From NCBI GenBank assembly GCA_012295275.1, contig CM022670.1, forward strand, positions 37,262,001-37,326,000: a stretch of 64,000 nucleotides of DNA, written 5' to 3'. How positions within the stretch are numbered: position 1 is the stretch's first letter; the number at the start of each line of letters is the position of its first letter. This document shows, in pieces, positions 43,901 to 57,668 of the stretch. This DNA is from Chrysomallon squamiferum (Eukaryota; Animalia; Mollusca). The notes under the pieces were generated by a model, which searched no databases, was not told the DNA's origin, and was given only the letters and a program-made list of their open reading frames with translations. The position numbers and the translations under genes were made by a program.

Positions 43901-46900
43901 CTTTTAAAACAGGATTGCTGGTTAATTTTTAAATTTAATTCCTTCAGATGAGGGCTTTGACGATGAAGAAGATCCATTTGAAGAATCTAAAGAGGACAAA
44001 GTTCATGAAGCAGTTCAGTCTGCTATCAAGACTTTAGAGAAAGAAGGCCATGAAAACAGCAAAAATACCTTTGACAAAACTAAAACAAACAGCTTAGAAG
44101 ATATAACACAATCACCTAAGTCTTCTGTACCAGAAACTTTAGATGATCTAGCCCGCTTACAAACAAAAACAGATAAAAATGAAAACAGTAACCCTATAAG
44201 CAGCTCCAGTCCAGTCTTGGGGGCAAAAAGAAAAAGGAAACTTATATCTGCCCCAGTTAAACCAATTTCTTTTCTAGTTGAGACCACACATAGTTCTAGT
44301 GATCAAGGTGGATCTGACCTTATACAGTCCAGTCAGAGATCCAAAGAACTGAAAAATATTTCTCGGAAAGAAAATTTAAAAAGAACATACAATAAGAGAG
44401 TATCAAGAGTGGAAAAAAGAAAAGCTGAAACTGAAAGCTCTTCTCCTGAACGTATGAACAAAAGTAAAAAGTTGAAAAAAAATAATTCTAAGTCCACAGA
44501 CAGTACAGAAGTGTTAGAAAAAACAAATGTTGATGTTTCAAAACGACGAAGATCTATTCGCCTTTCTGGCCATAGTACAAATATTCATGATAACATTTTG
44601 AAGCAAAGAAATCATAATTCTTTCATGGATCAGACAGTATTATCTGCTGAAGGCAATAACTCTCGATTTTCAACTTTTGATAGCTCTAGTAGAACAAAGG
44701 ATGGAGATGCTTCGATGTCAATGTTTTACGGAGAGACAACATTTGCCTCTGTTAGTGGATTACATCCTCCAAGGCAGAGCATTGATGAATTCTCTGTCGG
44801 TAAATGCAAGAAGGGTAAAAAATACGTTCCTTCAATATCGGATGTGCAAGAGAATGGAAAAGAAAATAAGACTAAGTTTCTGAAAATAAAAAATTTTAAA
44901 AAGGAAAATGCAGAGTCTTCCAGCAGCAGCGATCAGTCTAGCAGCAAATGGATGTCCTCAAATGATGAGAAGTGCAAAATAAATTCTGTTAAATTGAGAA
45001 GAGCTAATTCATTTGTGTTGGAAAAATCACCAGATGGTCCAAGAATCAGACCATCCCTTGTAATGACAAGACTTCACTCAGAGTGAGTTGACAAGTGGTT
45101 TTTATGAGAACAAAAATTAAAATATTCAAAAAAAAATGGATAAGTGCAGCTAATGAATAACTTGCCACGACTGTTTTTTACATATATTAAAAATAATACT
45201 TAACAAAACTGTTCTTGAGTAGTTAAAAATGACAGTAGTCAGACCATTAAGATCCTGCAGCATCTTTTCAGTATATTAATTTCTTTATTCTACAGGGGTA
45301 GACCTCTTTGATTCTCAGCCCTTTGTGTATGATTTGTTATGTTATCAGTATATATAAAAAAAGTCACATCAATCTTTGAATGTGATAGAAATGTAAATTT
45401 TTATATTTTTCCAGTGAACAAGAGACAGTTATGTCTATTATTAAGAAGTTGACAGGGTTTATTATCCAGGATACAGTTACAGATACCACAACACATGTTG
45501 TGCTGGGAGATGCTCGCCGCTCACTAAATGTCGTCAGTGGAATTGCTCGTGGTTGTTGGCTTGTTAACAAAGATTGGGTAGGATTTAAAATTAACAGTTT
45601 TTAAAACAGAAACAACTAATTTTTTAAACTATTAAATAGGACGAAGAAGATTAACAACAGAATTGAATATTGTAAATGGTAAATTACTTTTATCTTTTAT
45701 TCACACTATCAATGAGATGTGCAAAATATTACATTTAGCAAAGGGCTGTTGATGAGTTTATTTTTCAGTTATAATGTTATTAAGACTTGATTATTAATTT
45801 ATATTTTCAGGTATTACAATCTCATGAGGCAAAGCAGTGGCTGGAAGAAGAAACATTTGAAGCAACTGAAAAATTTCCTAGTTGCAGGGTTTGTAATTTG
45901 TTGTTTATTACTGTGATTTCATTTTTTATTTATTTATTTATTTGTTTATTTTTTTAAAAGTTACTATTTTAGAAAATCATATTAATTCTACATATTTATC
46001 TATACTAATGAAAGGTCTGTCTTGTGTTTCTTAAAGATTACAAGACTTGAGCGACAGAAAGAAGGTTTTAACTACAAATCAAATCTCTTCTCCACTGTTG
46101 GTCAAATGTGTATATCCTGCAAATGTGTTCCACCTAGAGGTTCATTGGTAGCACTGGTCAAACTTTGTGGAGGTCAGGTAAAATAACTTCATCTTGTTTC
46201 TTATTATTATTATTATTATTATTATTAATTAATTAATTAATTTATTTTATTATTATTATTCAGATTTTAACTTAGCATATTAATTTTTTAATTTTTATAT
46301 TTTTTATATTTTTTAATATTTTTCTAAATTCAAAATACTTAAGATGTTCAGGTATTGTAGATTTTACTCATATATTCCCAGTTGTTTTATTTGATAATGT
46401 TTTATATGAGTAATGTTGATGTGAACACTTTATGTAACAACTGAATATCAATATTTTTTTCATTTTAAGGTAACTGGTTCATCAGCAAGAGCAACAATTT
46501 ACATAGGAGAGGACAGTCGACCAAATGCAATTAATTTAAAACCAGTCTGGATATTAGGTAAAGCATTATTTAATTAGTCTACCTTTCTTTGTTTGTATAT
46601 TCTAAAATATTTCATTCCAGAATGTTTTACATTATCATACATTACATGAATGTAACAGTCATAATATTTTTCATAATAATTTAGAATAGTTGTTTGCTGT
46701 CATATTGTTGTTATTTGAAAGAAAAATATCTGATGTGTTCAGTAGATGCATTAATGTATTAATTATTATAAATTGAACTTTATTGATTTACAGAGATTTT
46801 CTTTTTTAAATTTCAGACTGCATCACTGAAAATAAACTGCTTCCATATGACAATTACTTTAATGACACAGCACGACCTAAAAGAGAGACTAGTCCTGAAT

Positions 46901-46905
46901 ATTAA
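40970..46905 (+). CDS. MCPH1: Microcephalin (N-terminal BRCT plus C-terminal tandem BRCTs), ~13 exons; one apparent +1 frameshift in exon 3
   Basis: Exons 40970-40978 (tentative start), 41337-41496, 41736-41941, 42525-42621, 43011-43184, 43486-43591, 43730-43786, 43948-45082, 45415-45577, 45811-45888, 46037-46177, 46470-46557 and 46817-46905. BRCT1 GVVAFVDV...LGARVVEKFTNDVTHVIFKEG...VSVLWIDQC; KSMQP motif; BRCT2 SLVMTRLHS...TTHVVLG..RRSLNV..GIARGCWLV..DWV; BRCT3 LVKLCGGQV...WILDCI. Confidence 0.9.
42245..42480. mobile_element. 236-bp MITE with 14-bp TIRs and a 5-bp target-site duplication, in an MCPH1 intron
   Basis: Left end catggcagtaacta; right end tagttacagccatg (reverse complement catggctgtaacta, 1 mismatch); taata flanks both sides (42240-42244 and 42481-42485). 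Confidence 0.85.
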
Positions 46906-48012
46906 AAGATAACTATGATTTGTGTATAGCTGCAAAATGCTGTAATTGTTAATTGTCTGACATTATTTCAGCATTTCTATATTTATAAATTGAAATGAAA
47001 AAAAGGTTTATTCCATTTTGAAGATATGTAATGAAACAAACAAACAAAGGTACGTTAATGAAGCTCAACTATTTATTATTTCCAAAATAATGCCAAATAT
47101 CATTTATTTAATACAGCAAAAAATAAGGAAAGATGACAAATCAAGGTGAAAGTCAGGACATTTATCAGTATTTTTGTAACAGCAATAGAATGTCAAAAAT
47201 ATAGTTTATGCTTTTTATTTGTATTATTTTGGGGTGGTTTCTTGCACTTTTGTTGTACTTATTTAATAGCAGGACTATTAAACTAATGTTAATTTTGTAT
47301 TATGTAAAAGTTGAGTTCATAAGTATGATTGATGATTGATACTGCTTAATGAAATCAAATTTTTAGATGATCCATTCAATTTTTTTGTTTCTGTTATTTA
47401 TTGAGAAGATTTCTTTTTTACATTATATATTTTGTCAGTTACAATTCAATTTTTTATACTTACTGATCCTTTTACAATAGATTGTTAAATTAGAATTGAT
47501 GTTTTATAAAATTTTGGTTAAAACCGGGTATCTAATATGAATTTATTTTATTTCATAAAACAAAATGTGAAACCTAATAAAATTGTTTTTCTCATTTCAT
47601 TATAGACATATAATTGTTTGTATAAAGTTAAAATGGTTTGAATGCATTATTCTTTCAAATGGTATTCAAATATTAATTTGACAACATTAAATGTTAAACA
47701 CAAAACACAGAGTAAAAAAAAAATTACTCACAGTTTTATTGTTTATTTTCTTTTGAAACCATTTATGTTGTGACAAACATAAAGATTTGACCTTTTAACT
47801 ATTTATTTTCAAAAGGCCATTATCATTAAATGCCTGAAAAATAGAAAAAGATAACAAATAAATTATTTATATATTTTAGGATATTATGGAGACATAATTT
47901 AATATCATATTTGTTACATGAAGTTCTTTTTACTTTGAATATTTTTGTACTATCAGTTTTCCAAGCATTTGTGATAAGTTGGGAGTTTCTGGTTGGCTTA
48001 ATAATTAAATAA

Positions 48013-51000
48013 TTAAATGCTGCCAGCTGTGTGATAAGTGAATTTATTCAAGAAATGTTTAATTACCCATTCTCTCAGTGCTGGTGGTTTTTCTTTCACA
48101 ACAGGCTGTACCTGATGAAATCTACTGAACTGCTGTTCCAAAAGCTCCAGTGCTTTTAAGCAGTCAATATATGTTGCTTTACAGGAATAATCGGCACAAG
48201 GCACAGGGTAACGTGAATCCTAGAAAAATGTTTTAAAAGATCAAAAGTGTAGGTTCTTCCATTAAAACTGATTACAGTTTCCCTGGTTGTTAAATGTTTC
48301 ACGGTTAATATTAATATTTTTTATTTTTTATTTTTTTATTTTTTATTATATTTTTTTTATTTGATCAGGTTTTTGGGGGGGGATTGGTTTGTATTTATTT
48401 TTTTTATTTTTTATTTGCACTATATTTTACACCTATATTGTAACATCAATAATAGTTACAGTTATTTCATTAAAATATTTAATTATTGTTAATGCACTTA
48501 CTGGACAAGGTCCTTTGAAGTTACTGCCCACACAGTCAGAAATGTATTGTATTCCATACCGATTTCTGAAATAGAAATGATTTTTTGTTTGTTAAAATGT
48601 GTTGAAGATCATAATAAATATATTACTTTGAATATGTATATAGTTAACATAGATGAAAAGATAATTTACCTTGCATCAAATTTACAGTGTCCAAAGTCTG
48701 ATACTGTTCGTTTGTAGTTCATCAACATTGCCATGATCTAATTTTAAAAAAAATGAAATAGAGTGCTATATAAATTTGGACACTGAAATGCCAGGAATCA
48801 GATTCAAAGATTCAAAATGAAATAAGTCTTTTATTTTAGAATTACTGTCTGCTAATAGTTCAGATCAACAATGCTTAATACTACAGATTATTAATTCATT
48901 ATGTATTTTTGATTGGAAGAATTTTATAATTTGCATGATCAGTGATTGAAATGATTTATTACTTTAAAAATTAAAAGAACAAAACACTGTTAGTGCTGAA
49001 TGAAAAATACACAAGTATCTATTAAACCTGATAAGCTGCAGGAGCTATTTTGTTGAATGTGACATCCTTTGTGTCGTAGTCAATGTACTCAAGTCTTCCT
49101 CCTCTAAACACTGATAATCAAACAAATCTTCTCATTAGAGTATTCTTTGAAAACATAGGTTTATCAAAGTTAAATTATCCACCTATATGAACTTTCAAAA
49201 ATAAATAAATATATGAAATAATCTCTTCTTAAATTATTCTTAATTTTTTTTTTCTTTAATGTGATATGAAACCAAATTTTATAAATGTAATTTATTACAG
49301 GTATAAAAAAAAGAAATTAGTTAATATTGTAATATTCAAGAATTTATGTTACTGATAATCGATACTGGTACAAGTATTTTACAGAGTCGATATTAAATTT
49401 GATATATGGTTTCTAAAAACATTTATCTTATATTAAAATAAATAAATATGAAAACTATTCATATTACCATTAATAATCTTACCTATATTCCAAGGTGCCA
49501 TGTCCTCATAGAGAGGAAGATTAAGAAACTCTCCATAGAATCTTTCCTTAATTTCAGGCAGTAATCCCATTCTGAGTAATGCAATAAGCGATACAGCTGT
49601 GAAATGTGAATATATTTCATCAATTCTTTATGTTAAATATTGATTAAGATTAATTTATTTTTAATAAGTTGTTTAATCATTTATTTTAACAATAAATGTC
49701 ATTTTTAACTGCCAGGTAAGTCCAAGTTTGATAATCTCAGCTAACGGCAGTTTTTATCTTGTATTCAAAAAATAAATTGAAACACTAAAGTGTACACACC
49801 ACTAATTTGCCCATATGGTATTTTAAATCCATCAGTTTCTCGGATGAGGTGAACTTCATAGTGGGTCTTGTTTTCACTATTAACATATTGGAAATATTTT
49901 CTTTCGTGTCCATCCAATTCAAAATCAAAATGGTGATCAACCTGAAACAAAAATATTAAATATTTGTGTTTAAAAACAACCAAAAAAAAAAATTAGGATA
50001 ATTATAATTGTTTTAAAAATATTTAAATATACCATTTATTCACATTCATATTAATTTTCACATTAACAAGAACAACAAAATAAATAAAATAAAATGTAAA
50101 AAGAAAAAGTTTATTTGCTGATCTGAAAAGTGGAACTATGGTGTTTTTGCTATTTTTTGTGGGGTTTATTTTATTTTTCTTATAAATTAAAGTGAAAAAA
50201 ATAATAATAAATAAAAAAATAAATAAAACCCACAACGAAAGAAAGAAGATAAATAAATATAAGTTATATTGAACACGCCAAATTTTATTTTGTTGATAAT
50301 TTTTTTTTATACTATTTACAAATACATACATAAAACAATATTTATTTAAACTAGTAGGCTGGGTGCTTACCAATGTTTTGAGTCTCTTTATATCACATCT
50401 GACTAATTTCCAGGGTACTTGAACCCCTTCTTCCAAAAACTGTTCAGGTAAAACATCTTGTCTAATTTCTATTTCAACATTTGCTTTTGCACTCTGTTGA
50501 CCATAGAAATCAAAATTAATTTGCAAATAATGGTTAACGAATTTATTTGTTGACAAAATAAATACAGCAGTGTATCTGTGCATGATAAAAATGTAAGTAA
50601 AATAAATTACCTTTAAAAATGACTAAACTGCTTTTTGTTTATATTTAAATTTACATAAGGAACAAAGAAAGGAAATGATAATATGACTTTTATGTGGTTA
50701 ACGACCACTCAGATAATCTAATAACATCACATCATGAGCTGTTCTTGCTGATTAGAGCAAGCAATTCTTTGTATGGACCATTGTACAGGACAGTAAATAA
50801 CATAGCTTTTGGAGCACTGGCTGGAATGAGAAATGGCTCATGAGAGATCTTAGCTTTACATGTGCATTAATATAAAATAGTATTAAATGACAGTAAGTCC
50901 TCTGCTGTCATTCAGTAGGTACTTTTACCAATTAGTAGTAATTTTTTTTTTTTTATAAGCATCTCTCATAGACAGGAAAAGACATACTGTTTATGGTATA

Positions 51001-54000
51001 GTGTCTGGAATGGGAAAGAGCCTAATCAATGTACTGAGTTGGACTGATCATATAATACATTTCACTTCACTTCCGAAGCAAGGGATATAAACACATAAAA
51101 TTACTAGCCTAGTCAAGTAACTGTTTATCTATATTTTGGGTTGTACCATTTGAAATAAGGTAGAAAATGAATTCATTGGACTTGCTCCAATACTTTGATT
51201 TGTGCAAGCACATAAATGAAACTACATGTATGTGTAATTGGTACCTGCCCAGACCTGTCAGTGGTTAACATAACAAGCAAGGCTTAACCAACTCTGCTTA
51301 TATGAACAGTATGCTACAGACAGATCAATAATAATTGATTATTGATCTAAAACATGTCTGGAACATGTCTATTCAGCAATGAACATGTCCAAAGGTATGT
51401 GTACAGGCATGTTTCTCAGGTGTCATGTTCTAGCAAAGTTATTAAACAAACACGTACATTATTTTATTCATTTATTTTATTGAAAGTTGTTTTCAGGACA
51501 TGTACTTACCTCATATAAAATTCTTCTTTCAGCTTCAACAAATATAGGCAATGGATGGCTATCAACATTATAAACCTTGATAATTAGTCAAATAATGAGA
51601 ATTTGAAAGTGTAATGCTTCAAGTATGATAAAACAGTGGATGGAAGCCAAAGAAAATTTTACTGACAGAGAAGGAATATTATATTTCCTACATAAATAAA
51701 AACTTAATTTTATGTTGAACAGACATTATACTACAAAGGCAAGAACTTTTATTTTGAATAAATACATTTTCATTTTATCTGAGTGTATTGCATTCGAATA
51801 TTATGACGATATGAACTGATTTTGTCATTTAAGATTGTAAGTACAAATTAAAAATGAAATTATAAAATACTAAATATGTTTTTAAACTTAATGGGAACTG
51901 GAGCAAAAGGGAAATAATAGTCTCACCTCAACATTTAAAGGCCTAGATAAAACTGTAGTTGGATAGAATGTTGATGATGCCAAAGACACTATCTACAATA
52001 AAAAGTTTAATGATGCAATTTGCTATCACAAAATTAATATTTTATATTTTAATGTTTCTGTTGTTTAAATTTTAATGTTTTAATATATATATTTTTAATG
52101 AATATTCAATTCGTGTTTTATTGTTAATTAAAATATTTATGGCTAAGAGTGAAAAAAAAAAATAATTTAAAATAAAATAAATTGAAATTTAGAGTAAAAT
52201 GATAATAATAAGCTCTATTATTTCTCTTTATTATAAGTATTTGAAAATTTATTTTGCAGGTAGGGAAAATCATGTATAAAAGTTAATAATTATCCACCTT
52301 AAAAAAAAGTTTTAAAATATAAGAATGATTATTATTTTTAATATTCATAATTTGTTTTCTTACCTTAGAATTTGGAACTTGAATAAAAGTAGAAACACCT
52401 GTTGACAAAATCTGCCCAATATGAAAACCAAAATCTTCCTTTTGAAATTCTTTCAGCAATCTCAAAAATTCTTCATAACCTGGAAGCATACACAATCTGA
52501 ATAAGATCCATTAAAATAAATTTCAGAAATTTTTATGAAGGTGAAATAAAAATTTCTATCTGTCTTGTAAAACTGCTTACCAACAAACTGGTATCTGAGA
52601 ATGTCAGGACTTTTCAATAACTTTGTTGTAAACTCAGGGTCAATTTTTAGAATGCAAGCCTTAGAAAGTTACTTAGATTTTTCTTCAAGGCAGTATTATA
52701 CATTTCCTTTCCTCTGTTGGCATCTTCTGATAATGCAATGAAAGAACTGTTCTGGAATTTTGGGGCAAGCTGAAGTCCAATGCTTTCTGAAATGTCAATT
52801 AAACTGCTTTGTGGTTTTTTCTCTTTATTCTGATTTGAAAAGCATTTATAATAAAACCATCAAACTAATTACTGTTATCTTTATAAACAATTCAAACATA
52901 AAATGTAATTTAAAAAATGAAATAAATTCAAGCAGAATTATTATAGGTCATCAATGATGTATGCCTAATTATCTAACCTTTTTAATTAAGATTTATTATT
53001 GGCTTATAACATTTTGTTTATCAGCTTATATACTACAGAAATATTACCTTTGCTGTTGTACTCCATGAAAGAAAAATTTGTGTCACCCATTTGAGTTTCA
53101 AGCTGATTTAACAATTTCTGTCAAGAAGATAAATATAACATAATATTGTGTAAATTCAGATTTAATGTGTACTAAAAAATGATAAGAATGAATGATTCTC
53201 ATTGGTTACTGGATGAATATAATACAGAGGAAAACTACTACCACAGATCACTGAGCTTCTCTTGTTAATTAAAATCAGGGGTCTGTTATAATTTTGCAAA
53301 GACAGAACTCTCATATCATGAACTTTTGATAAATAATGCAGGAAGGAGGAATGAGGACTGATGGTGAGTTAGTGAATGCACAAATTATGCAAAATTATAT
53401 GAATAGTATGTAAACCGCACACAACAGATGAAAATATATACAGTTCTTAATTGGAACTGAAGACACTTAACCTCACCTTGGCATACAAAGTTCTTTTAAA
53501 ACAGTAAACAAACCTCTTTGGTTCTCTCCATGAATTTGTTGGATCCATTAAAAAATATCCCTACAGGCAAAAACTGCAGTCTCTGTTGAATCCACACAAT
53601 ATAAGAAGGGCACATGTCTTGATGAATTTCAAGTTCCAGATACTTTTGAAACAGGTGCATCCTAACAAAAGGCAAATTGAATTATTGTTGTAATTTACTT
53701 TAATGTACTTATTACTGTTTTCATTTTGAATTGTATTGCACCGCATTGTTTTTTTCATTATATTCTCCTTGCTTATTAACAAAAAATATTTTTTTTAATT
53801 TTAATTAATTTAGAAATAACTAAATTTTATATATATATATTTTATTATTTTTTTTTTTTTTTTAAATTCTTAATAAATCAAATATACAACTTAATTTTCT
53901 TTTTAATTAATTATATTAATGACTGAATTTTTTTTTTTAAATCCTGAAAACAACAACAATAAATACAAACTATATCAGAAATTAATAAGCTATATTTTTG

Positions 54001-57000
54001 ATGAGGGTGGAAATTAAGAGTATGTTTATGAACAAACCTTTCCTCTGCAGGTAAACCTATTTTCAGTAACAATTCCAGACCAATTCCTTTCATTATCCTG
54101 CTTCTGTCTTTGATAACACTGTTTTTCATGATAACGGATGCCACTCCATCAGGCAATAAATTTAAGTACCCTTTATATGTATTAGGTCCACATCCTATTT
54201 GAACCTAAAATTTTAAAAATCATCATTCACTCATGATCAGTTATAAAATTTGTAAATCTTAAAGTTAAAATAAATTAACAGATAACAACATAAATTTAAA
54301 AAATAAATAATTGCCTAGAGAAAACAAAAATCAGTGTTTGTTTTTTAAGTAGGTTTGTTGTCTATTTTGTAAGTCTCTAAATAAAAATCAGAATTGAAAT
54401 TTAAAAAAGAAAGTAAATCACATTTGCTAACCTTCCTTTGTAATGCCTTCATTTTAATCTTCATGATGCTGTGCCCTGATTCATGATAAACAATCTCTGG
54501 TGTTTCCATTTCTGCTCCAACTAATTTCAAAGCCATTGCAATGAGACCCTTTGAATATAATTAAATCTGATGCATGCTCAACATATATTAATTAACAAAC
54601 TACTTTTTTTATGAAACTTAATGCATTATTTTTAGTTATTACACATGTCTTTAAACTTTTAAATATTTATGTTGTAATTATAATGCTGTTTAAAAAGAAA
54701 AGATAAATAATAAATAGCTATGAGAAAAATGAGTTTTCATAATTTTTCAAGTTATTAAAGTAATAAATTTTAAAGTTTGGTTCAACAAAAAACGGTTTCC
54801 ACTACTTAAATTATTACCTCTGTTTGATCGGCCACATTTTTTAGCATGTTGGCATTGGTACTGTTAAAATTTAACAACTGTTGCACAAAAACGAGTTGAT
54901 CAAAGGAAGGAATCTCAAGAAATGTAGTTTGACCCAGTGAAAGAATTTCTCCAAAATAGTACATGAAGGCTTTGCCAAGTTCCAGGATTGGACGGAACAC
55001 ATCAAATCCAAGTATCTATTAAATAAATAAGTTACTGGCATATTTTAATACAAATAAATATGTATCTTCTTGAGATGCTGATCAGCATATGTTTATGATT
55101 ATAATTTTGAAGGAATATGTTTTGAAATCTAATACATTTTTGAAAGGAGGCTCTCTTTTTTTCTCTCTCTCCCTCCCTCTCATTCATTCATTAGCTCTCT
55201 CTCCTTTTGCTCAATATAAAAAAAACTTTAATATATTTTGTACAGTTTAGATCAAATACCTGGAATTTGAAAAGTTCTGGCATCCTGTACATATCATGTA
55301 CTAGATTTACTGTCAGATCACTATTCAGCAACATATTATTGTCATTAGTATTTAAATTCACAAAGTTTCTGAAAAAAAATAAAAAACAAACTTTCAGTAT
55401 GATAAGTTGATCTGGTTACAAATACTGCTATAATTATAATTCAACAATTATAGTAAATAAAATATTATATTTTTGAAAAAACTATTTTTTGTAATTAATA
55501 AAGGCAACTTCAAGAATGATTCAACCGTGTCTGGTAAGAATGTGTTTCTTCCAGAACATTTAATGTCATTAAATCCTGCTAATATTTAACATATTTACCT
55601 GTGATATCTAAGTAAGTAATGCAAATCTTCAGGTATTATGGTTACTACACTGCTATGAGGATATAGCAATGCAACTTTTCTGCCTAATAAACACTGATGA
55701 CCTTGGCCTAATAAAAAGTAACATGAATGAGTTGTTTTAAATCAGGCATCTCAAATTTGATCATTTAAATTATTATATGTTTATTTATTATCAAAAACTA
55801 AAAAATTATAAATTAAAACTATTTTAAAATAATTTAATCTTAATTTCTAATTTTATTTATTTATTTATTTATTTTTGTATTATTATTATTTTCTTTTTAT
55901 GGCGATAACATTACAATTTTGCAAAACATTAATGTACTGTTCACTGTAAATTTAAGGCATTTCAAACTAAAATGTGAAAAAATAAAACAATTAAGAAAAG
56001 AGTTTTAAAACTGTAATAATTGTTAGTGCTTTATATTAAAATGATGATAAAGCTATATGCATCAATATATATGACAATTACACTATACTGATTAACAAAA
56101 GAATAAGAGAGCAAAACTAAAACCACATTCAGTTATTATACCAAAAGAATAACAAGCATGCCCACCAATATTTTTTTTAATTCTTTTCATTTAAAATATT
56201 TTCTTTTCTAAATTTAATTTCATCAAATCTGGATAGAACATACTAAACACTTTGCTAGTATAGAAAACACATAATGTTTAAACACAACAACATGACACAA
56301 GCATTAGTATAAAAAATATATAATTAGTTTCTACCAAACACCATGCAACAGTAAAACCAGAGCTGATAAGAATGAAATCAGTACCATTTGCAGATATCAA
56401 GACATTATAAAGAATAGCAAGCATTAGAAAAAAAACAGCAGATTTAACAATTATCACCTTTTACTTCCCTCTGTAAGAAAATGAAAATTGATGTATACTT
56501 CATTATTTTCAACTAAATTAGGTTAAAACACTGTAATTCCTTTTAAATGATAAGAGAAATTTCAAATGAAACTTTAGGTCATTTTATATGTGTTAGATCA
56601 CTTACACTATAAAACAACAACAGCAAATAATAATAATAATAATAACAACAATTTTTAACCAGATCAAGAAAGGTCATTTGTTAATAAGTAAAGTAATAGA
56701 AAAATAACAATTTCTTATTCCCATTGATTCTTTTTATAATAAAATATTTGACAACTGAAAAGATAATGATGATGGAGTAGTAGGAGATAATAACTCACCA
56801 TAAACAAATACACTGAATGGGTTATTGTCATCTACTGTATGTGCAATGAAATGCTTCATCTTCTTCCATATGCTATCAAATAAAACTTCTTCCTTAAGAA
56901 CTGGTTTTGGCTGTGGCAGACCTTTCTGTAATAAAATAAATATAATTTAATATATACATACATACATATCATGACATAAAGGAGTACCAACAGACAAAAT

Positions 57001-57630
57001 AAATAACTAAAAAGTTATAAGTTTACATATTAGAAAATAATTAAATACAGAAATGGAAATGGAAAAAAGTTTAACATGCTAATCAGAGCAAGCTGTTGTG
57101 AAGCATGTCTACAACAGGCAGGCTTTCTGACAGGCCAGCTGGCGTGTCTGTCACAGACAATTAAATATTTCCACCTTATTTTAATATAATTTTATAACCT
57201 GACACTATTATGGTATCAGTAAAATCTTAGCAAGAACATAAAACATCAAACCTGAATGTCATTTACAGATGAAATGGAGCTAAACTGTCTGTCTCCTAAC
57301 TTCTGTTTAGCTACAAATAAAATAAAAATGGTTTAGTTTAGTTAAATAGATATGTACTGTTTACTAAGAAAGATCAGAACTTTTATTTATATAGTTTATA
57401 ATTATTTTATAAACTCTAACAACAAACTTGAAGATGATAGATTACCTAATGAATCACCAGTATTATTCATTAAATGTAAGAAATTTGATTACAATAATAC
57501 ACTTACAGTAACTTCTCATGAATTGCTTCATTCTCTTTTGAATTTCATCTAAAAATAATCGATATTTACTCAGTAATATTTGTAAAACAAACATTACTGT
57601 TAATGAATTTAAAATAATAATAATAACAAC

Positions 57631-57668
<38 letters not shown>

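Noticed and set aside
56340-56475. Possible extra exon in the MTase/kinase-like gene (acceptor-like site near 56471)
   Set aside because: The flanking exons (56799 and 55707) already join in phase and give a continuous motif (VFVYG-QGH).
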